Assembly: GCF_006345805.1 (NCBI RefSeq)
Contig: NC_043021.1
Coordinates: 19,964,001-20,028,000, forward strand
Length of the DNA stretch: 64,000 nucleotides
Origin: Octopus sinensis
Lineage: Eukaryota
Direction of reading: 5' to 3'
Part shown: positions 51,231 to 62,717 of the stretch, piece after piece
How the letters are laid out: each line of letters opens with the position of its first letter
Numbering within the stretch: position 1 is the stretch's first letter
Program-made: the position numbers and the translations under genes
The notes under the pieces: generated by a model
Seen by the model: only the letters and a program-made list of their open reading frames with translations
Databases searched by the model: none
What the model was told of the DNA's origin: nothing

Positions 51231-51362
51231 GTGTGTGTATGTATATATATGTGTATGTATGTATGTATGGCAGCGAAAAGGTCAGCTAACTAGAAAGGTC
51301 GATGAAATTGAGCAGTTGAGTCTCTCTCGTTATCTCTCTCTACGTATGTGTGTGTGTATGTA

Positions 51363-51410
<48 letters not shown>

Positions 51411-51451
51411 GACATACACATAGTATATAGATACACACGCGTGCGTATGTA

Positions 51452-51505
<54 letters not shown>

Positions 51506-51651
51506 GATATACACATAGTAATAGATATACACATAGTAATAGATATACACGCGCGTGCGTATGTATATATATACATATATATAAAAATATATATACATAC
51601 ACACACACAGATATACACATAGTAATAGATATACACGCGCGCGTATGCATG

Positions 51652-51693
<42 letters not shown>

Positions 51694-52479
51694 GTAATAG
51701 ATACACACGCGCGCGCATGTATGTATGTATATATATATAGATAGATAGATAGATAGATAGATAAATATAAATATATATAAATATATATATATGCGCACAC
51801 TTCTGGCCGTAGATCAGTCTTCCACGAAATCCTCATCAAAAAATGTCAAACGTACCCCAAATATCACATCTCTCTCTCTCTCACAACAACTTATTGCCCT
51901 GGGTTTTCTCGACGACGCAGTTCACCATTTCACACACACACATCCATGCATATACACACATCATATCTAGTCCTGCTCCGAAACCTCACCTTTCACCTTT
52001 CCATATAAAAAAACCTAATTTAACTGGGTCTTTTACTATGATTAATTAATTTTATATCCAGGGACATAGAGGAGCTTCTACGTGGTAACACGAACTTCTA
52101 GAAACGGCAGTCAAATCGTCCTTAAATCATACGCCCCAACGTTTTAAATAAAGAATGATTTATTATTATTATTATTATTATTTTTGGGGGACGATTGTGT
52201 TATTTTAGCAAGCTTTTTACAACCAGAGACTGCAACGTTTTTTTTACTCCTTTAAAGATGATGTGATATGAGGACTTTTTTCGCTGCTATGTCTAGCAGA
52301 TCAACAACGACGGTCCGCGTTTTCAGTTTTCAGAGAGGTAAATGCAATCAGTTATGCAATGCTGGGTTGGTGTCGTTGGCCGAGATTGGGGTCAGGTGTG
52401 GTGATTCGGGACAGGTAGGTTGGTCTTTGAAGAAGCATAAGGACTGTGTGTGTGTTATTTAAAGGATGCTAATAATGTT

Positions 52480-53230
52480 ACGGAATACGCGTGTGTGGGT
52501 GTAAGTATGCATACATGCATGTATATATGTGTGTATGCATACATAGATGTATATGTGTGTGTATGCATACATAGATGTATATGTGTATGTGTGTATGAAT
52601 ACATGGATGTATATGTGTGTGTATGCATACATAGATGTATATGTGTATGTGTGTATGCATACATGCATGTATATATGTGTGTATGCATACATAGATGTAT
52701 ATGTGTGTATGCATACATAGATGTATATGTGTATGTGTGTATGCATACATGCATGTATATGTGTGTGTATGCATACATAGATGTATATGTGTATGTGTGT
52801 ATGCATACATGGATGTATATGTGTGTGTATGCATACATGCATGTATATATGTGTGTATGAATACATGCATGTATATATGTGTGTATGAATACATGCATGT
52901 ATATATGTGTGTATGCATACATGCAAGTATATGTGTGTGTATGCATACATGTATATATGTGTGTGTATACGTACATGGATGTATATATGTGTGTATGCAT
53001 ACATGCATGTATATGTATGCATACATGCATGTATATGTGTGTGTGTGTATGAATACATGCATGTATATCTGTGTGTATGCATACATGCATGAATGTATAT
53101 GTGTGTGTGTGTGTATGCATACATGGATGTATATGTGTGTGTGTATGCATACATGCATGTATATGTGTGTGTATGAATACATGGATGTATATATATGTGT
53201 GTATGCATACATGCATGTATATGTGAGAAT
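52480..53230. repeat. ~750-bp compound alternating purine-pyrimidine satellite (GTATGCATACAT-based)
   Basis: Direct reading; source of the spurious His/Ile/Tyr ORFs. Confidence 0.92.
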
Positions 53231-55159
53231 GTATACGTGATGTCTATGTGTGTATGTATACACAATATCGTTTCTTCCAAAGGTGTTCTGTTTGATAAGG
53301 TCCCACCAAACCTTATCTTACTAACATGCAAACTTAAAGTGTATGTGCGCGCGCGCATTTATATATACACACATACACACAAGATTAGTAAAGAAATTAT
53401 AAGCCTGCGGCCAGCGGGTCTCATGGTAACTTTCTGACATAAAATTATTATATACATACATATAAATCACTATTTGGTTTAAATTCATTATTATAACTTA
53501 TACAATTCGGTACCAGTAGAAACACATTCTCTCATTGTGTGGTGTGTGTGTATACATATAGTCAGATACCTTCAGCGTGAGACATGCCCAACCAAAATAA
53601 AATCTGTGTGTATAAAATCGGTGTGAGAACAAGGAGTGTTACTTTTCAGCGGTGGTGCTCCAGCATGGCCGCGGCCTTCGGGTTAAAACATTTTAAAGGA
53701 TTTAAGGATATTGGCGAAGCTCCTCGGTAAATCGAGCTCACGTCCGGGTTTCGCGCCCCGATTCCCCCCCTATTGACTGTGCAACCGTTCGTTGTTCAAA
53801 TCCTGCAAAAGCACCAGGTCGGGTCGGGTCGGGTTCGAAAGCAATGAACATGGTCATCTGAGAGAGCTCCTTATGGATTTAGAAGGGAGACTTCTGTAAA
53901 CAAATATCTATCTATCGGGTGGGGGGGGGGGGGGGAAACCACTGATTTTTTAGGCAGAAATAAAACTGACAAGTGTGTGCAAATAGAAAGAGGCGAGAAA
54001 GGTGTTCTTGTAGCTAATGAATGATCGGAAAAAGTTAGCATGGGCTGGTTTGATATTTAGACAATTATTGAAATTGATATCACGGTCAAAATAAACTTAA
54101 ATATGCACAATAAATGAATTGTGAACTGCTTTGAATGATTTGTAATTTAGCGGGGTAAAAATGTGCGTGCATCCATTTGTGTGGGCCTCAAATAATGAAA
54201 ATAGGTGCATGAAAAAAAAACAAAAAAACTTAATGAAGTTTGGGTCAGGGTTTATTAAAACCGTAAGAGAAACCTTTTGATTTTTAAAAGAAACTGCATG
54301 TATATATGTGTGTGTATGCATACATATATATATATATAGTAATCCCTTCTACTACAGGCACCGAGCCAGAAAATTTTTAAGGGGATAAGAGCAAGTTGAT
54401 TATATCGACCGCGAAAGGATGAAAGGCAGAGTCGGCTTCGGCAGAATTTGAACTCAGGACGTAAAGAACTGAAAGAAGTGCCGCCGCTAAGTATTGTGAC
54501 CGACGCGCTAATCGAATCTGCCAATAATAATAATAATAATAATAACCGATTAGATTTCTTCGTAATCGTTAAGTGTCAGATGGGATCGATTTGTAGGTAT
54601 TTCGGGGTTTCGCATGTTTTATTATTTTTTTTTTATCAGTTTATGCATTTATATTTTTTAGTGTTTTTTTAAATTTTATTTTCCTTTCTGAAAGAATGGT
54701 AAAGAAGAAGAAAAAAAACAAAACATTCCGAAGATCCGCCCTGATCGAAAGAAGCAACAAGGGAAAAAAAACACAAAATTTCTTTCTGATCGATGAAATA
54801 GCATCAAGGTACCACGGCTGGATTTTTTTTTCGTGGGCTTTTAAATACATCTTCGTATAAGGGCATCCTATGTATGAATGAAATTATAAATAGGTTAAAA
54901 AAAACACAACCTCTCAAAGATAAAGTAATGTCAGAAGAGAAAATGACAAAAAATATCGTGAAAATATTGTAGATTTAACGTAATTACTAAAATAAATATC
55001 GTAAACTCGTCAGAATGAAGCAGAATTGTTTGTTTGTGTGTGTGTGTATGTGTGTTTAAGGTAGAAAAGGTGAAAGAAAAAATGAAATAAAAGCCACCTC
55101 GTTGAAGAAAAGACATCCAATTGAGATGTACGTGACGAAAAATGAGGATAGGAACTTAC

Positions 55160-55236
55160 GAAGTTTGGTCAGGTTTATCAAAACTTGAAGAATTTTTGAG
55201 AATGCCCTTCTTGGGTCTTTTCTCGTCAGTAGCCAT
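55160..55236 (-). CDS. PPP1R2: Protein phosphatase 1 inhibitor-2, coding exon 1 (MATDEKRPKKGILKNSSSFDKPDQT + 2 nt)
   Basis: ATG at 55236-55234. RPKKGILKN matches the I-2 SILK motif (human RPIKGILKN). The exon ends at a perfect GTAAGT donor (55159-55154), phase 2. Confidence 0.93.
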
Positions 55237-55270
55237 GTTTAACAGAGTCTCAACATCGTCGCGCTTGTGC

Positions 55271-55304
<34 letters not shown>

Positions 55305-55445
55305 GGGGAGAAGGAGGAGGAGGAGGAGGAAAAAGCGGAGGAGGAGGAGGTGGGTGTAAGAATATAGGATCAATTATCCGGCAAGCCCGAGGACCGGAAG
55401 TGTCCCGGATTTCTGAATTTTTTCCGGTTTTCTGGAGACAATTTC
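55237..55445 (-). promoter_or_regulatory. PPP1R2 5' UTR / core promoter region with ETS-type motif ACCGGAAGTG at 55393-55402
   Basis: CpG-containing stretch just upstream of the ATG, with (CA)n/(CT)n/(CCT)n tracts. It has a canonical CCGGAAGT plus several CCGGA variants. The TSS cannot be determined from sequence. Confidence 0.55.
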
Positions 55446-56802
55446 TTAGTACCAATATTATTATTATTATTATTATTAAAATAAACTGGTTTTGTTTAAA
55501 TTTCCTCCCGATCATTTTTTTGAAGTGTTTAAAAATCAAATGCTTGCTGATGACAAAGACAGCATTTATTATTTTTTTCTTTCTTGAAATTGCTAATAAA
55601 GAAGTTCCATGAAAGTAGAAAATTCGAAAAAAAAAAAATTGTTGAAAATTTGAAAAAAAAAAAAATTGTTGAAAATTTGAAAAAAGAAATTGTTGAAAAT
55701 TTCAGAAAAAAAATTATTGGAAATTTGACAAAAAATTTTGTGAAAATTTGAAATTCAAGTGGTCGTAAAAAATGACTTGAAAATCCGAATAAACTGTAAA
55801 AAGTAAAAAAAACTAAATTGTATTTAACATTCAAATCAGTACAATTCTAAAGCATGGTCTTTTGATATTTATTAATCCATTTAAAATTCTGAAAATATAT
55901 TAGTGTACCATATATACAGTATTAATTTTTATAAGATGAAAATTAAATGAAGGAACAGGATTTTATTTAAGAGATACAGGTATAAATTTATACACTTCCA
56001 AAGCAGACTGCATTTAATGTTTATGAATACACATAAAAAGAAAAGAACAAAATTATTTTTAATACATGGTATATAAATTAAATAACTTTAAAAAAAAACC
56101 AGGGTCTGTGTACTCAATACAAGATGAAGTATTGTGCAAAGTATTCCGGATATCTGACGGTTGCGGATTTCTGGAAGCCGGATAAGAGGTCCGGTACTGT
56201 AAAGAAAATGTTGTTAGGAAGTTAATAGCTGCAATGTCGGCGAATGGCTAATAATGAAACATCCACAGAAGATAAACACCACGGCCAGTGGTGTAGTCTG
56301 ATTTAATTAATTTATTCGTAATTTTCAGAGATGAGGATTTTTTCGTGCGATATGGCCGTATGGGAAGAAAGAAAAAAATTTGCGCAGGTAAAAAAAAAAA
56401 AAAATTGTCGTAGATGTAAACAATGCGGTCCTAGTTTTCCACATTTTTTTTTTTAATGAAGAGACGAAGCGTCGAGGTGACAACATTTTCTTCTCCTTAA
56501 TTCCTCGCATTTGGCTCTCTCTTTCTCTCTCTCTCTCCGAATAATAATAATAATAACAATACATAGACATATACAGCTAAATATTGTATTTTGTACCTCA
56601 GGTGAAACACGTTTTATATATATTTATAGTTTTGAATTTCGTATTTGTAATATGTATGCATTATATATGTATATATATACGCATACATATACACACATGT
56701 AATTATTTTGCATGTATGTATAGCTGTGTTTGTGTCCGTATATATACACGTAATTGTTCTGCATGTTTATATATAATATATATATATCGGTCTATCTATC
56801 TA

Positions 56803-56855
<53 letters not shown>

Positions 56856-56986
56856 GTGTTTCTGTGTGCGTGTATATATATATATAAGTATTTTGTTCAA
56901 AGATGTATCATAAAATATATATGTATGAATTTATTGTATGTGAATATATCTGCATGTATATATGTGTGTGTAAATATACATGCATG

Positions 56987-57020
<34 letters not shown>

Positions 57021-57566
57021 TTATAAATATTTACTTATACGGATATTGTATAAATGTTTATATACATATTGCATACATGTTTATATGTATATATATATAT
57101 GTTGCATAAATGTCTATACATATATATTGTATAAACAACAAGTTAATACCCAAATTGAATTGATGTATTTTATGAATATTCATATAAGTTCATGTATGTA
57201 TATTTTTCTGTAGATGCTTTTAATGTTGCTTTTCCTTATCTATGTTGTATATACTCTGTATTTAATTTCTGCTTTTCCGCTTTCGTCATCTACATCATTA
57301 CTCTAATTCATCCATCCGATATGTTGAGAGACCCATTATATATATATATATATATATATAAGAAGAAGAAGCAAGTACTAGATACATAACATTTTTAATT
57401 TTCATTCCATTTCATGAATTTATCACCTTTTTGTGTATCTAGTACTTGCTTCTTTATTTAGGGGCCTTTTAATGTACTTATATATGTATAACATATAGTC
57501 TAATGACTAATTTGTCTTTTGTGCTAGATGACTGGTAATAATAATTTATTTTATTACCCTATTTAC

Positions 57567-57616
<50 letters not shown>

Positions 57617-57806
57617 GTGTGTTTGTACACGCAGCAGATAGGATATATAAATAATAACCAATAAATCATAGTATATGCATATAGATAGATATTACGTATA
57701 TCCTGTACATTTTTGCGTGTCTATTGAATTTGATGATTATATATATATATATATATAAAGGCGGTGCTCCAGCATGGCCACAGTCAAATGACGAAAACAA
57801 ATAAAA

Positions 57807-57861
<55 letters not shown>

Positions 57862-58654
57862 GTACATGTAAATAGACATTTGTGTGTGTATATACGCACT
57901 CTCACATGTGTCTATGCACGTGCACACACACACACACACACATGATGATAAGAAAATTTTGAGGTAATTAAACTAGCCCCTGTTGAGCGGCCTCGTATCA
58001 AATAGGGATCAATTTAGGGCATAAGATGGGCGTGGGTAGGTTTTGCAACCACTCTCTCCTCCCCTTCTTTCCTCTCCCAAAATCCAAACCATTTAAAATG
58101 TAATCATGTTTTTACAACTGACGTAATTTATTTCTTCCCGTCTGGAAATTTCCACTGATTTTATTCATTTAAAAAGATGTATTTTCTTTTAAATTTTGAA
58201 TTAGTTTTATTGTATTCAGCATCAACCACATGTGTTTACCGAGCCATTTTCTTCTAATGTTGTTGTTCGACGTGCTAAAAGTAGCAGTCAGATTTTCCTC
58301 AAATCAAGAGACCCTCCCTGTCTTCTTAAAACGGTGACAAACTTAATCTGGTCGTGTAGACTCGACAAACTCCCTTACAAGAAAGGAGTGGGGTATAGCT
58401 GGAACCCCCCCTTCTGATCATAATAGCAGTGTCGTCTTATGACACGTGCACACTGGGCAGTTGATCGGGGCCCCCTCAAAGATCTAGGGGTTCAGTTCTG
58501 ATCTGTGTATGCGGTTAGCTGTCATCATCATCATTTAGCGTGATGATGATGACAGCTAACCTCATACACAGATCAGAACAGAACCCCTAAATCTTTGAGG
58601 GGCCCAAATACTGTAGGGCTCAGTGCACTGATTTGTCCCGGGGTCTTATAATTC

Positions 58655-59500
58655 GTTCGTTTATTGGCCACAAGGGCTAACAAAAATCAATTAAAGGGAC
58701 AAAACACAGGACGAAAGTTACAAAGGGTTTTGTCTGTTTGAAAAAAGGTCCGTGTACAAAAGCAGGATAACAACGAAATGTAAGTAACAATTAAAACTCC
58801 CAATAGGGGGAGGCGCTTCGAAAAGGTTACTCGTGGAAAAACCCATAAAAGCCACGGGAGCCTGGTCAAAAGTGGGGTAGAGAGCCCCTTTCTCCTTTTA
58901 TATTTCCTTTTAATTTTCACAGGTGTATCATCAGAATTGGTCCGTTCATACTGGCCATTCTTGCGACATTCACCCACTTTTCAATAAACTTGCTACCAGA
59001 CATCACTTCCCTCTCTACTCTCATCTTCCTTTTCAAGTGAAACTTGAAGAAGTTGATGAGGCCTTGGCCAAAGAGGAAAGTGTCTCACCTTAGCCCTTTC
59101 AAACGGGTCCACCATATCACCTCTTTCGCTACAGCCACTAGGCAAAGGAAAACTGCCTTGCCCTCCCGGTTAAAGGAGGTCGGCGGGGCAATCTTCACTA
59201 TGGATTCAGCTGATAGCCGGATCCGTCCTATACGCGACAGTAGCTGTTCGACATAAACCCATAGTTCAGCAATACTCGGGCACTGGACGAGTGTGTGCAG
59301 AACGGTTTCGTCGTCCTGGGCAGACTGCGGGCAGGCCCATCTGACAGCACTTCCGTGCCGGTAGAGTTTATCCCGAACAGGCAGAGCCCCTCGGTAGCAC
59401 TGCCAGGTGAGGGACCTTTGGAAATTATACTTTGGCCCCGGCCTGAAAGTTCTCCCAAACAGACTGTTTAGCTCGTTATTGTCAATATAGGAGAGGTTCA
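58655..59500 (-). mobile_element. 5'-truncated Tx1/L1-clade LINE: ORF2 C-terminal zinc-binding (zf-RVT-like) region and 3' UTR
   Basis: Minus-strand frame reads ..SLTWQCYRGALPVRDKLYRHG..WACPQSAQDDETVLHTLVQCPSIAELW.. with one in-frame stop, ending ..ILMIHL*. The 3' UTR matches 1670-1915. Confidence 0.82.
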
Positions 59501-60189
59501 GTGTGGTTGTTTGGTTTAGAAGTTGTAGCCAAAAGTTCCTTTTTACTATCTTTTATCTTTTACTAGTTTTAGCCATTAGACTGTGGCCATGCTGGGGCAC
59601 CACCTTGAAGAATTCTTAGTCAAATGAATCGGGCCCCAGGACATATTTTTTTTTAAAATCCTGGTACCTATTCTATTGGTCAATAGATTACGAGGATGTA
59701 AACACACTAAGACCGGTTGTCAAATGGTGGGGTTGATAAACACAGACAGAAACACACAAACACGGACTTATTTCAGTTTCTGGCTACCAAATCCACTCAC
59801 AAGGCTTGGTCAGATCAAGGCTATTGTAGAAGACACTCGTCCAAGGTGCCACACAATGGGACTGAACCTGGAATCATGTGGTTGGGAAGGAAGGTCCTTA
59901 CCACAAAGCCACACCAGCACCTTAAGTGAAAAAAAAAATGGCCAAAACCTGACTGGACCCTGGTGCAGCTCTCTGGCTTACCAGCTCCATTCAAATCATC
60001 TAACCCATGCCATGATGATGATGATGATGGCCATGGCTGCTACACCTTTAATCATAGGTCTGATCGACCAGGTAGGACTAACCTGGTGTTATGTGACAAC
60101 CACTACAATTGTTGCCATTTTCTAACCAATGAGTTGTAACGTGGGGAAATTGCAGCCAGACCTTGCCGTTCTGTCTAAATGAAAGAAAA

Positions 60190-60331
60190 GGGCACATCGA
60201 CCCCAGGACTTATTCTTTGTAAGCCTAGTACTTATTCTATCGGTCTCTTTTGCCGAACTGCTAAGTTATGGGGATGTAAACACACCAGCATCGGTTGTCA
60301 AGTGATGTTGGGGGGACAACAGACACACACA

Positions 60332-60377
<46 letters not shown>

Positions 60378-60540
60378 CGACGGGCTTCTTTCAGTTTCCG
60401 TCTACCAAATCCACTCACAAGGCTTTGGTTGGCCTGGGGCTATAGCAGAAGACACTTGCCCAAGGTGCTGTGCAGTGGGACTGAACCCGGAACCATGTGT
60501 TTGATAAGCAAGTTACTTACCACATAGCCACTCCTGTACC
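60190..60540 (-). mobile_element. Family-A SINE
   Basis: Head and body intact, tail truncated. Confidence 0.82.
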
Positions 60541-60853
60541 TATATATTTTCAGTTCAGGTGTGCTGCCGAAATTTAGAAGGAATATAAACGTATCGCAAG
60601 TGAAATAAGGTTGTGGAGCACTGGTTTAGGCAAAAACTGAAATTTATGCCCTTTCAACCTGTTGTACAAATGCACAACCAATTAACTGTGCAAAGCCCCT
60701 TTTGTGTGTGTTCATGTATGTACTTGTGTATGTGTCTGCGTATTACATCCAGTCACTTCAATCCTGCTGGATTTCACAAAGGATGTTTGGTCCTCCAAAG
60801 TTGTTATGGTATATAAGTTGACCTCTCTTTTTTGGTCTGAAAAATTTGACTTG

Positions 60854-61667
60854 TACAAGGGGGTATCAAAAGGTTCTCAGACTAATAAAAAATAACTTAT
60901 TTTCCTAAGTTTTAACATCATCTCCTTTGAAATAGTCACCTTGCGCAGCAATACAGTGGTCCTAGCATTCCTGCTACTTTTGGAATTTGGCCTGGCAGTC
61001 TTTTACCCTAAGTGAGTTAAGGAACTTCTATGATACCTTCTGGATCTTGATAACGGTGTTAAAATAGCAACCTTTGAGCTGCCCTTTCATCTTGGGGAAG
61101 AGCTGGAAGTCTGCAGGTGCTAAATCTGGAGAATAGGGTGGGTGTGGGAGTGATACCATGTTGTTTTTGGCGAGAAACTCCCAAGTGAGGAGAGCTTGGT
61201 GACAGGGTGCACTCTCAATTGATAGTGTGGCCCTGGCGGACTAATTCTCAAGGCACAATGCCACGTTTCCAGGTGTGACGCTCGTGGCAAGTCTTCCAGC
61301 TCATTCATCATCTTCCAGGAATGTTCTTTCACTTTTGAAATGCCCGTGCCACTTGAAACATTGCATATGACCCAATGCCATGTCGCCGTAAGCTTGCTGC
61401 AGCATGCTCAATGTCTCTACGGCAGACTTCCCAGGTTTAACACAAAATTCCAGCTCTTTGTTGCTGTCCATGACAAAATCACAGACTACAGCATACATGT
61501 GATCACAAAATCACAAATTTCACAAATTGCAAAGTAAACACAGCAATATCACTCAGCACATTGCCTCATGAAGGTCACTGCTGGCACTCACTGCACACAC
61601 AACCATGTGCTGCCATCTGTTGGCATGCTACAGAACTAGTCCAAGAACTTTCTGATACCACCTCGTA
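60854..61667 (-). mobile_element. Internally deleted mariner-type element
   Basis: TIRs TACAAGGGGGTATCAAAAGGTTCTCAGACTA / TAGTCCAAGAACTTTCTGATACCACCTCGTA; HTH remnant FCVKPGKSAVETLSMLQQAYGD and C-terminal HPPYSPDLAPADFQLFPKMK. Confidence 0.82.
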
Positions 61668-61829
61668 TGCTGGAAAATATATTCTTTTATACTCTAGCTA
61701 CAAGTCCCAAAATTTGGGGGGAGAGGCCAGTTGGGTGTTTTTTGTGGGGTCTGGGGGCAGAAAGCAGAAGGGCTACCCCGGGTGGTACACACTTTAGCTA
61801 CATTAGTGCCCTCAGTCTCTTTAGTGATG

Positions 61830-62582
61830 TCATCATCATCGTTTAACGTCTGCTTTCCTTGCTAGCATGGGTTGGACGATTTGACTGAGGGCTGGCGAAC
61901 CAGATGGCTGCACCAGGCTCCAATCTTGATCTGGCAGAGTTTCTACAGCTTGATGCCCTTCCTAATGCCAACCACTCTGAGAGTGTAGTGGGTGCTTTTA
62001 TGAGCCACCGGCACGGGGCCAGTCGGGCGGTACTGGCAACGACCTCACTCGAATCTTTTTACACATGCCACCAGAACAGGTGCCAGTAAGGCGATGCTGG
62101 TGACGATCCCGCTCGAATAGTGCCTTTTACGTGCCACCAGCACGGAAGCCAGTTAGCCGCTCTGGCAATGATCACACTTGGATGGTGCGCTTAGCACCCT
62201 ACTTGCATGGGACTCAAGTGCCAGTAAGGTGATGCTGGTAACGATCACACTTGAATGGTGCCTTTTATGTGCCACTGGTATGGAACCTAGTTAGCCGCTC
62301 TGTCAATGATCACACTCATATGGCGCTCTTTGCACCCCGCTAGTATGGATGCCAGTCATCAAATTTGATTTTGATTTCACTTGCCTCAACAGGTCTTTGC
62401 AAGCAGAGTTTAGTGTCCAATGAAGGAAAGGTATGCATAAGTGGGCTGGTTACATCCCTAGCATAGGCCACAAAGTTATGGTCTTATTTGGCTTGCCGGG
62501 TTTTCTCAAGCACAGCATATTTCCAAAAGTCTCAGTCACTAGTCATTTCCTTGGTAAGGCCTAAAGTTCGAAGGTCGTGCCC
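61830..62582 (-). mobile_element. Longest family-R copy: RTE-clade LINE ORF end plus repeat-containing 3' UTR and (GAT)n tail
   Basis: The 5' end translates GHDLRTLGLTKEMTSD*DFWKYAVLEKTRQAK* (CGA>TGA decay), typical of an RTE ORF C-terminus. Confidence 0.78.
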
Positions 62583-62717
62583 TTTAAATATACACATGTA
62601 TTAGAATTTTCTCTGATTTTTCAGATTTTTGTATGCTAGGCTACTGGTTTTAAATTGATATTAATTAAATTAATATTCAATTTATCTCCCTCATTACTTA
62701 AATTATATATATATATA

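Larger units (their letters stand above)
35..55159 (-). other. PPP1R2: PPP1R2 intron 1 (55,125 bp, GT-AG, phase 2)
   Basis: Lies between the two in-frame exons. No other I-2-like coding sequence was seen in between. Confidence 0.85.

Noticed and set aside
52450-53358. Long His/Thr/Tyr/Ile- or Cys/Val/Met-rich ORFs (also 11200-11780, 43000-43500, 51000-51840, 56580-57210)
   Set aside because: Translations of RY microsatellites.
58220-58417. Possible second exon (HQPHVFTEPF..) for a divergent gene
   Set aside because: Contains the dispersed repeat motif GCTA.AA.TAGCAG.CA.A..T.CCTCAAATC seen at ~28690 and ~49110, and has no recognisable protein similarity.
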